A DNA stretch of 53,931 bases from Myxococcota bacterium (GTDB lineage: Bacteria > Myxococcota > Myxococcia > Myxococcales > Myxococcaceae). The notes under the pieces are model-generated. The model saw only the letters and a program-made list of their open reading frames with translations, ran no database searches and was not told the DNA's origin. The position numbers and the translations under genes were made by a program. Below are positions 38,522-46,205 of the stretch, in pieces (position 1 is the stretch's first letter; the number at the start of each line of letters is the position of its first letter). The DNA lies in contig JBMORE010000182.1 of assembly GCA_049322255.1 (NCBI GenBank), positions 1 through 53,931 of the forward strand, given 5' to 3'.

Positions 38522-39178
38522 GTGCGCTCAAAAACCGTGCTGTGGGTGGCGCTCGCGCTGAGCGCCTGCAAAAAGCCGCAGCCCTCGCCGGAGTACCAGC
38601 AGGCGTTGGTGCTGCACTCGAAGCTGTATGTCGAAAAGCTCGACGATGCCTACCTCATGCCCCAAATGGCGGAGGTCGAGGCGCTGCTCGAGAAGGTGCC
38701 TTCCCACAGCGCTGACAACCTCGCCGCCGCCGAGCTGTTGCAGAAGATTCGCAGCGAGCGGACGCGCGTCGAGGCGGCCAACGCCGCCCGAGAGAAGGAA
38801 GTCGCCGAGGCACTCGCGCCTACCCCCTTCGTCTTCCCCGAGCGCAACGCCGAGCCCACGCGCGCAGCCGAAGCGCCGGCCCCCGCGCCCGACGCGGGAG
38901 CCAACCAGCCGGTGGCTGGTATGACCCTTTCCGAGTTCACCCGGCGCTTCGGAGGCTGCTTTTCCGCCGGGCGGGAGATTGAGGTCATGGGAATGGGAAC
39001 GGTGGACAGTTACGAGCTCAAGAACATCGCCAACTGTCGCGACCGCCATCCGGGCTTCGACGCCCTGCTGGTGTTGGCGCAGGCCGGCAAGCTCCTCGGC
39101 ACCGCGCCCAAATCAAACGTTCGGATCGAGCTGCGCTACCCCGACGGCGGGCTGGTTTCGCCCGACGCGGGGCGTTAG
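38522..39178 (+). CDS. Lipoprotein, hypothetical
   Basis: Lipobox LSAC, helical N-domain, PDAG linker motifs. Confidence 0.8.
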   Translation: MRSKTVLWVALALSACKKPQPSPEYQQALVLHSKLYVEKLDDAYLMPQMAEVEALLEKVPSHSADNLAAAELLQKIRSERTRVEAANAAREKEVAEALAPTPFVFPERNAEPTRAAEAPAPAPDAGANQPVAGMTLSEFTRRFGGCFSAGREIEVMGMGTVDSYELKNIANCRDRHPGFDALLVLAQAGKLLGTAPKSNVRIELRYPDGGLVSPDAGR

Positions 39179-39189
39179 GTCCAAACCGT

Positions 39190-40032
39190 ATGCGCGATGC
39201 CACGTTCATGACTTTGATGAGGCTCTTGCCCAAGTCGGCGCTCTCCAGCGCCGTCGGCCTGGCCGCGCGCGCGCCGGTTCCCCGTGGGCTGCATCGGGCT
39301 GCCATGCGCGTCTTCGCTCTCCGCTACGGCGTCGACATGGGCGAGGCCGAGCACGGCTTTTCGCACTACCCGACCTTCGCGCAGTTCTTCACCCGGCGGC
39401 TCAAACCCGGCCTGCGGCCCATCGACGGCGGCGAACGGGCCATCGTCTCTCCCGTCGACGGCACCGTCTCGCAGGCTGGTGACGCCGAGGGCGGCCGCTG
39501 TTTGCAGGCCAAGGGCATCTGGTTTCCTTTGGACAAGCTGTTGGGAGACGAAGAGGAAGCCGAGCGGTTCGCCGGGGGCACCTTCGCCACCCTGTACCTT
39601 TCGCCCAGGGACTACCACCGCATTCACGCTCCGGTGGACGGAGAAATCGTCGGTTACACCTATCTGCCAGGGCAGTTTTGGCCGGTGAACCCCGTCTCGG
39701 TGCGTTCCAAGGACGCCTTGTTTTGCCTCAACGAGCGTCTGGTGACGTACATCGCCAGCGCCGCGGGGAAGGTGGCCCTGGTGGCGGTGGGAGCGACCTG
39801 CGTGGCGCGCATCCACGCCGCGTACGACGACCTTTTGACCCACGCCGGCTCGCCGCGCAAAAGCCACTTCTACCCGACGCCCAAAAAGCTCACCAAGGGC
39901 GAGGAGGTGGCCATGTTCGAGATGGGCTCGACGGTGATTCTCCTCTTCGAGAAGGGCAGGGTGCGCTGGGATACCTCGGTGGTCGAGGGCGCCGTGGTTC
40001 GTGTCGGAGGGCGAATGGGGGAGCGCGTGTGA
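39190..40032 (+). CDS. psd: Phosphatidylserine decarboxylase proenzyme
   Basis: FFTRRLK, SPVDG, YLSPRDYHRIH, NER, cleavage site FEMGST. Confidence 0.95.
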   Translation: MRDATFMTLMRLLPKSALSSAVGLAARAPVPRGLHRAAMRVFALRYGVDMGEAEHGFSHYPTFAQFFTRRLKPGLRPIDGGERAIVSPVDGTVSQAGDAEGGRCLQAKGIWFPLDKLLGDEEEAERFAGGTFATLYLSPRDYHRIHAPVDGEIVGYTYLPGQFWPVNPVSVRSKDALFCLNERLVTYIASAAGKVALVAVGATCVARIHAAYDDLLTHAGSPRKSHFYPTPKKLTKGEEVAMFEMGSTVILLFEKGRVRWDTSVVEGAVVRVGGRMGERV

Positions 40033-41288
40033 GCCAGAAGTTCTCCGGCCCCAAGGGGATGAACGACCTGCTCCCGGGCGAGGTCGAGCTGTGGCAACAC
40101 CTCGAGCGCACCGCCAGGGAGGTGTTCGGCCGCTACGGCTACGGCGAGGTGCGCACCCCGATGGTGGAGGACACGGGACTCTTCGTGCGCAGCGTGGGCG
40201 AGACGACCGACATCGTGGGCAAGGAGATGTACACCTTCGCGGACAAGGGCGGCCGCTCGCTCTCGCTGCGCCCCGAAGGCACCGCCCCCGCCGCCCGGGC
40301 GTACATCGAGCACGCCGTGTTTCAGAAAGAGCCGGTGACGCGCTGGTACTACCTGGGCCCGATGTTCCGCTACGAGCGGATGAAGACCGGCCGCTACCGG
40401 CAGTTCTCGCAGATCGGCGCCGAGGCGTACGGCGTCGAGGGGCCCGGTCAGGACGTCGAGCTGATGGAGATGGTGGTCCACTTCCTCGGCCGCCTGGGCC
40501 TTACTGGCGTGTCGTTGCAGCTCAACTCCTTGGGCGATGACGCCTGCCGCCCCTCGTTCGTGGCCACGCTGGTGGAGTACTTCTCGGCCCATCGTGAAAA
40601 GCTGTGCGCCGACTGTCAGGAGCGCCTTTTGCGCAACCCTTTGCGCGTGCTCGACTGCAAGAACGAGCGGTGCCAGGAGCAGGCCCGCGGCGCCCCCCGC
40701 ATGCTCGAGCTGTTGTGCCAGCCGTGCCAGGCGCACTTTTCCGAGGTACGTCGGCAGCTGGAGCTTTTGGGCGTGCGCTATGAGCTCAACCCCCGCATGG
40801 TGCGCGGCCTCGACTACTACACCCGCACCGCGTTCGAGCTCATCGCCGAGCACCCGGTCTTGGGCACCGCCAGCGCTGTCGGCGGCGGTGGGCGCTACGA
40901 CAAGCTGGTCAAACAGCTGGGAGGCCCCGAGGTGCCCGCGGTGGGTTTTGCCCTGGGCGTCGACCGCCTGGTGCTGCTCCTCCGGGAGTCGGGGCAGACG
41001 TTCGCCGCCAAGCCCGACCTCTTTCTGGTCGCCGTCGATTCCAAGGCGCAGGACGAAGCGCTCCGCTGCGTCACCCAACTTCGCCACGCGGGCCTGTGGG
41101 CCGAGCTCGACGTGCGCGGAGGGAGCGTGAAGAGCCAGATGAAGCGGGCAGACAAGAGTGGCGCCCACTACGCGCTCGTGTTGGGCGAGCGGGAGTTGGC
41201 CGAAGGAGCGGCAGAGCTCAAACCCATGGCCGGGGGCGAGGGGCGAAAGGTGAAGCTCGTCGAGCTGGAAGCGGCGCTCAAGAAGTGA
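40029..41288 (+). CDS. hisS: Histidine--tRNA ligase
   Basis: KEMYTF, LRPEGTA, FRYER, GRYRQF, RGLDYY, GGGRYD; GTGA overlap. Confidence 0.97.
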   Translation: MSQKFSGPKGMNDLLPGEVELWQHLERTAREVFGRYGYGEVRTPMVEDTGLFVRSVGETTDIVGKEMYTFADKGGRSLSLRPEGTAPAARAYIEHAVFQKEPVTRWYYLGPMFRYERMKTGRYRQFSQIGAEAYGVEGPGQDVELMEMVVHFLGRLGLTGVSLQLNSLGDDACRPSFVATLVEYFSAHREKLCADCQERLLRNPLRVLDCKNERCQEQARGAPRMLELLCQPCQAHFSEVRRQLELLGVRYELNPRMVRGLDYYTRTAFELIAEHPVLGTASAVGGGGRYDKLVKQLGGPEVPAVGFALGVDRLVLLLRESGQTFAAKPDLFLVAVDSKAQDEALRCVTQLRHAGLWAELDVRGGSVKSQMKRADKSGAHYALVLGERELAEGAAELKPMAGGEGRKVKLVELEAALKK

Positions 41289-41455
41289 GGCGCCGTGTCG
41301 CAGGGTAGGGGGAAACCAGCGTGGGTTGACTACACCGGTTTGGCCCCTCGTCAGAAGTTACGGTACCCTTCCAGAAATCAACCCGCTTCGAATCCAGTGA
41401 CACGAATGAAATCCGGCCGGAGTGGATTTCAAAGACGAAGAACGGAGAGCGCGCG

Positions 41456-41740
41456 GTGACATTTTCACCTGATTTCGTTCCCCGCCGCGTGGAAGGCACG
41501 GAGGCCAGCCGTCTGGGAGCCGACTTCGTGCTCCTCGACTCTGCGGGGAAGATGCTTCGCGGGCTCAACGCCACCGGCGCGAAAGTGTGGGAGCTCATCG
41601 ACGGCTGCCGTTCGGCGGAGGAGATCGCCGCCCACCTGGCATCAGACGCTGGGGCTCCCCTGGAGCGCGTGCGCCCCGACGTGTTGTCTTTCCTCGGGCA
41701 GCTGTTCGACAGGAGGCTGGTGACCGGGGGTGGGCGATGA
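41456..41740 (+). CDS. PqqD-family protein / stand-alone RiPP recognition element
   Basis: VLLD...LNATGAKVWELIDGCRSAEEIAAHL...DVLSFLGQL..RRLV; GGAG RBS before GTG. Confidence 0.9.
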   Translation: MTFSPDFVPRRVEGTEASRLGADFVLLDSAGKMLRGLNATGAKVWELIDGCRSAEEIAAHLASDAGAPLERVRPDVLSFLGQLFDRRLVTGGGR

Positions 41741-42231
41741 AGCGGCGTGTCGTTCTCTCCTTGTGTGTGCTCGCGGCGGCGTGCGTTGTACCTCCCGAGG
41801 CGTCCTGGGAGACTGCCCCCGCCGAGGGCCTCACCGAGGAGGCAGTGCCCACCTGGCAGGTTCCGCTGTACCGCACCGGGTGGGTTCCTCCGCTCGAGCC
41901 TCCGCCGCCTGGGTGTGAGGCCGAGCTCGTCTTCGATCCCCCCGCCCAATCGAGCGTGGGCGAGGTGCGCCAGCTGCTCATCGGCTTGAGCGTGACCGGG
42001 GCCGAGGCGCAAAGCGAGCTCGCTCTCGAATGGGTCGCTCCGGCGGGAATCGTCTTCCAGCGAGCGGCGCAGCGGCTGTCGGGCTCACCGTTCGATGAGC
42101 AACGCGCAAGCTTCGGGATGCCGGTCGCCGGCACGGCGATCGACTCCAACAGCTTGTGGGGAACGTGGACCGTGCGGTGCCAACTCAACGGCGTGGAATT
42201 GGCTACCCGTCACTTCGAGCTGACTCCATGA
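41737..42231 (+). CDS. Lipoprotein, hypothetical, Ig-like C-terminus
   Basis: MKRRVVLSLCVLAAAC lipobox; GTWTV...NG...FEL beta-sandwich ending; ATGA overlaps on both sides. Confidence 0.75.
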   Translation: MKRRVVLSLCVLAAACVVPPEASWETAPAEGLTEEAVPTWQVPLYRTGWVPPLEPPPPGCEAELVFDPPAQSSVGEVRQLLIGLSVTGAEAQSELALEWVAPAGIVFQRAAQRLSGSPFDEQRASFGMPVAGTAIDSNSLWGTWTVRCQLNGVELATRHFELTP

Positions 42232-44285
42232 AAGCGCACGCAATCATGGTCATGGCTGTGCTGTGCCCGGCGGCCACGCTCGCCGATACGAACATCACTG
42301 TCGATGGAAATGACCCTGACTGGGCGGCAGTCACTTCTTGCATCAATGAGCCCACCGGTGATGGCCGAACGGGCATCGACCTCATTCGGGTCTGCGTGGA
42401 GAACAACAACACCGCGGGGAGCAACGGCTACCTCTTCAGCCTTTATGAATTGAAGTCCGCCCGACCGACGAACACCGACACCTATTTCGGGGTCTTCATC
42501 GACAAGAACGACGACGGGCAGGTCAGCTCGGCCGACGAAGTGTGGGCGTTCCACTACCGTTCCAACAACCGCACTCCCTTGCTCGAGGTCTACGATCCGG
42601 TGAGTTTCGCCCTGCGGCGCACCTATACGAGCACCGCCGACTGTGGGGGGGCTGGAACGGACAACGGCTGGAGCACCGCCGCCACCACCAAAATCGTGGA
42701 GGGACGGGTCAGCTACGGTTGCCTCGGCCTCACGTACGGCGACGACACGCGCCTCATCCAGCTGGGGGTGTTTCCCAACTTCGACGTCACCTCCCAGGTC
42801 TATTACGACGGCACCAGCGGCACGGTGACGGCGGCGGCGCCCCCGGCCGACGTGTCCAACCTGGTGGCGATCTCCAAGGCCAACGCCAACGTGCTGGTGT
42901 GGAACAACCCGACCCAGCACGAGGGAGTGCTCGTGCTTCGTGCGGCAAGCGCTGCCCCCAATGCCGCGCCGGTCAAGGGGACGACCTACACCGTGGGCCA
43001 AACCCTGGGCAACGCGACCGTGGCGTATTCCGACGCGGACGGCAGTACGGCGAGCTCGTTCACCGACTCCGGGCTCACCAACGGCACCCGCTACTACTAC
43101 AAGGTCTACAACCACCATCAGCACCACACCTACGCGAGCGGCAACGTGCCTTCGAGCTCGGGCATCTTCTCCGAGCCCACCTCGCGTTCGGGCAGCTCAC
43201 CTCAGTGGTGCTACAGCTTCGGCTTCCCCAGCCTTCAGCGCCCGACCACCGAGTCGAACGCAGCGGTCTTCACTTCCAGCCAACTCGGCGCGGTGACCGC
43301 CAGCCGCACCGACACTGGTAACGCCACCAATGACGGTCTGGAGCGCTTCCGCCCCGTGCAACTGTCGGGCGCGGTGCAGGCGCGCTTCCCCTTGCTCGAT
43401 CTGGTCGGCCACACCGGGAAGCACATCGTCACCGGAGACCAGTCGGGCAGGGTGTATGCGATCAGCGCCCAGACCGGCGCCCTCACCTGGACGGCCAACG
43501 GCGGCGCGGCGCTCGGCAACGCGATTCAGCACTTCGTGATGCCCCACTCGACCAGCGGTACCGCCCCGTGGGATCGGCTCCTCGTCGGTACTCGCAACAG
43601 CAGCACCACCAACAACCAAGTCTTCGCGCTCTCGAGCAGCGACGGCGCAGTGTTGTGGACCTACTCGCCCGGCAACCTGGACATCATCAGCGGCGGCATG
43701 GTGCTCCACGCGGGGAGGGTCTACGTGCCCGCGCGCTCGGGGGGAGGTACCTCTCCCTCGTTGCGGGTGCTCGACGCCCTTTCCGGCACCGAGGTGACGA
43801 CGCTCTCTGGTCTGGGCGACCTCGACTACGATCTCAACAAAGACCTCGGCGGGCTCCTCTACGCCACGAGCACTGCGGGCATGGTGCACGGCGTCGACAT
43901 GGCCACCCACACCGTGCGTTGGAGCTTCAACGCCGGCGCCACCTCCGCTCCGGTGTTCGTCACCGGCAACGGCTTCGTCGCCAGTCTCAAGAGCGGCACC
44001 GTACGGCGCTACATGGTCAGCGGCACCACCGTCACCGAGCTGTGGTCGACGCCGATTGCGAACCCGACGGGAGTGGTGACCTATTTCCCACCCTCGGGGA
44101 GCGCCAAGTACTTCGTCGGTAGCTCCGATGGGAGGGTCTACAAGCTGAACACCGGAACCGGCGCCATCGAGGCGCAGCTTGCCGTGTCCAGCCTCGGAGT
44201 CGGCATGCCTACCATCGATTCGGCGGCGGCGAGGCTTCACGTGGGCACGTTCGACGGCCGGCTCTGCTCGTTCACCCTTCCCTGA
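42228..44285 (+). CDS. Large exported protein: N-terminal beta domain, fibronectin-III-like domain, PQQ-type beta-propeller repeats
   Basis: Signal peptide; ITVDGNDPDW; FTDSGLTNGTRYYYKVY; repeats GRVYAISAQTGALTW, VFALSSSDGAVLW, DGRVYKLNTGTG. Confidence 0.85.
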   Translation: MKAHAIMVMAVLCPAATLADTNITVDGNDPDWAAVTSCINEPTGDGRTGIDLIRVCVENNNTAGSNGYLFSLYELKSARPTNTDTYFGVFIDKNDDGQVSSADEVWAFHYRSNNRTPLLEVYDPVSFALRRTYTSTADCGGAGTDNGWSTAATTKIVEGRVSYGCLGLTYGDDTRLIQLGVFPNFDVTSQVYYDGTSGTVTAAAPPADVSNLVAISKANANVLVWNNPTQHEGVLVLRAASAAPNAAPVKGTTYTVGQTLGNATVAYSDADGSTASSFTDSGLTNGTRYYYKVYNHHQHHTYASGNVPSSSGIFSEPTSRSGSSPQWCYSFGFPSLQRPTTESNAAVFTSSQLGAVTASRTDTGNATNDGLERFRPVQLSGAVQARFPLLDLVGHTGKHIVTGDQSGRVYAISAQTGALTWTANGGAALGNAIQHFVMPHSTSGTAPWDRLLVGTRNSSTTNNQVFALSSSDGAVLWTYSPGNLDIISGGMVLHAGRVYVPARSGGGTSPSLRVLDALSGTEVTTLSGLGDLDYDLNKDLGGLLYATSTAGMVHGVDMATHTVRWSFNAGATSAPVFVTGNGFVASLKSGTVRRYMVSGTTVTELWSTPIANPTGVVTYFPPSGSAKYFVGSSDGRVYKLNTGTGAIEAQLAVSSLGVGMPTIDSAAARLHVGTFDGRLCSFTLP

Positions 44286-44386
44286 AGCTTACGTGGACCA
44301 TGCGCGGACCTTCGCCGTTTGGCGCGTGTGGGACACCTCAGTTACCCTTTCATTTCCTTGATAGGGCCTCGGACAGGGAACAATCT

Positions 44387-44521
44387 GTGAGCGTGCGCGG
44401 CGCCGAAGAGCCCTACGAGCCTCCCGCCATCCTGTGGGAGGAAGAGTTCGTGGCCCTGGCTCAGGTGTCCGACCCCGACATCTGCCAGCAGCCTGACCCA
44501 CCTCCGCAATGCCTCGAGTGA
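44387..44521 (+). CDS. 44-aa RiPP-precursor-like peptide
   Basis: AGGGA upstream of GTG; MSVRGAEEPYEPPAILWEEEFVALAQVSDPDICQQPDPPPQCLE; stop overlaps next start (GTGA). Confidence 0.7.
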   Translation: MSVRGAEEPYEPPAILWEEEFVALAQVSDPDICQQPDPPPQCLE

Positions 44522-45306
44522 GCCGATTCGCCATCGGCCGCCTCACCCTCGAGCTCTCGGTTCCCAGCACCTCGACGGCGGCGACACTTTTCGAACGGTG
44601 GGGCCGCTTCGCCGACGCTGGCGTGCCCCGAACCCGGGTGGAGGTGATTCTTTCGGGAAAAATCGCCCACGCGGGGCCTCGACACATGCCCCTCGTCGAA
44701 ACCGCTTCGGGTGGAGGGGTGTCGCTCCACGGGGAAGACTTCGTGGCCACGGTGTCCCCCGATCGAAAGCACGTCGAGCTGCGGCAGGCGGACACGCGGT
44801 ACCCGATCGAAGCGGTAGCCAAGTGGCTCTTGGCCGATGCGCTCGCGCCGACGCAGGGCTTGCTCGTGCACGGCGTCGGCATTGCTTTCAGCAATCAGGC
44901 ATTTGTTTTCGTCGGGCCCTCCGGCGCGGGGAAGAGCACCCTGGCGGCCTTGTGCCAAAACGAGGGCATGACGCTCTTGGCCGACGAGTTGGTGGCGCTC
45001 GAACGGGCGCCAAACGGTGGTTTTGTCGTGCAGGGCACTCCTTGGAATTCGGGTTCACCCATGCGTGCCTGGCTGTGTGAGCTCGGCACGTTGGCCTGGG
45101 GAGCGGCGCACCGCCTGGAATCGTTAGGAGCGGCGGAGCTTTTGCGCACGCTCTTGCCCAACACACTCCTCGCCGATCCTTCGCCACCAGGACGGGCGGC
45201 GGCTTTCCGCGCCGCCTCCGCGCTGCTCACCGAGGTTCCAGCGAAGACGCTCACGTTCGCTCGCAAAAACGGGCTTGGGGCGCTGCTTGCCGGGGAGCTT
45301 CCGTGA
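44518..45306 (+). CDS. HPr-kinase-like (HprK-related) P-loop kinase
   Basis: LLVHGVGI...FVGPSGAGKSTL...LLADELVAL...GTPW: His, Walker A and acidic-pair motifs of the HprK/PEPCK fold. Confidence 0.85.
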   Translation: MSRFAIGRLTLELSVPSTSTAATLFERWGRFADAGVPRTRVEVILSGKIAHAGPRHMPLVETASGGGVSLHGEDFVATVSPDRKHVELRQADTRYPIEAVAKWLLADALAPTQGLLVHGVGIAFSNQAFVFVGPSGAGKSTLAALCQNEGMTLLADELVALERAPNGGFVVQGTPWNSGSPMRAWLCELGTLAWGAAHRLESLGAAELLRTLLPNTLLADPSPPGRAAAFRAASALLTEVPAKTLTFARKNGLGALLAGELP

Positions 45307-46205
45307 AGCCGGAGCTCTTCGTGATCGCCGGCCCCACCGCGTCCGGCAAGACGTCGGCGGCGATCACGCTCGCCGAACGATGGGGAGCGGAGATCGTCAG
45401 CGCCGACTCGCAACAGGTTTACCGGCACTTCGACATCGGTACCGCCAAGCCGTCGCCGGAGCAGCTTCAGCGTGTCCCCCACCACTTGATCTCGATCGTC
45501 GAACCCAACGAGCCCTTCTCGGCGGCACGTTTCCAGGCGTTGGCCGACGAGGCGATCGCCGGCATCGTCAGCCGTGGCCGACGGGTGCTGGTGGTGGGTG
45601 GGACGGGGCTGTACGTGCGGGTGCTTCTGCACGGGGTCGCCGTAGCTCCCGGCTCAGACCCGGCGTTGCGCGCGCGCCTTGCGGAAGAGGCGCGAGCCAT
45701 CGGCCGGGAAGCGCTCCACCGGCGGCTGGCCGACATCGACCCGCAAACGGCGGCGCAGGTCAAGCCGAGAGACCTTTTGCGCGTCATCCGCGCCCTGGAA
45801 ATCCACGCGCGAACGGGCACCCCCGCATCAATCCATCGTGCCGCGCACCGCTTCGAAGAGGATCGCTACCCCCACCGGCTTTTCGTCCTGAGCCCTCCGC
45901 GCAAGACGCTCTACGCCGCGATCGACCACCGCACCGAGGCGATGTTCGAAGCGGGCCTGGTCTCCGAGGTGCGCGGGCTGTTGGCGCGGGGCTTTCGCGA
46001 CGCGCCGCCGATGCGCAGCGTGGGCTACGCGCAGGCCCTGGCGGTGGTCGAAGGGCGCATGTCCCTCCCAGAGGCGATCGGCGAGGCGGCGCAGAAGACT
46101 CGCCACTACGCCAAGCGCCAGCTCACCTGGTTCAAGAAGGAGAGGGGTGCCCGGCGGGTGGAAAGCCCCGAAGCGCTCCTCGCGTCGGTCCTCGGTTCAC
46201 CTTGA
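45303..46205 (+). CDS. miaA: tRNA dimethylallyltransferase
   Basis: GPTASGKT, SADSQQVY, DIGTAKP, VGGTGLY, RALEI, YAKRQLTWF. Confidence 0.97.
   Translation: MKPELFVIAGPTASGKTSAAITLAERWGAEIVSADSQQVYRHFDIGTAKPSPEQLQRVPHHLISIVEPNEPFSAARFQALADEAIAGIVSRGRRVLVVGGTGLYVRVLLHGVAVAPGSDPALRARLAEEARAIGREALHRRLADIDPQTAAQVKPRDLLRVIRALEIHARTGTPASIHRAAHRFEEDRYPHRLFVLSPPRKTLYAAIDHRTEAMFEAGLVSEVRGLLARGFRDAPPMRSVGYAQALAVVEGRMSLPEAIGEAAQKTRHYAKRQLTWFKKERGARRVESPEALLASVLGSP

Noticed and set aside
41456..44285. PQQ cofactor biosynthesis or a quinoprotein dehydrogenase
   Set aside because: No pqqA (ExxxY), pqqB, pqqC or pqqE; the propeller repeats are generic
44336..44350. TACCCTT shared between the two cassette intergenic regions (also 41364-41370)
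   Set aside because: A 7-bp match is too short to distinguish from chance
44387..45306. Canonical lasso peptide cluster
   Set aside because: No asparagine-synthetase-like cyclase or transglutaminase-like B2 protease in the window
46132..46205. Convergent 3' overlaps (also 2655-2692 and 32972-33001)
   Set aside because: Short tail overlaps are common in GC-rich genomes where stop codons are scarce
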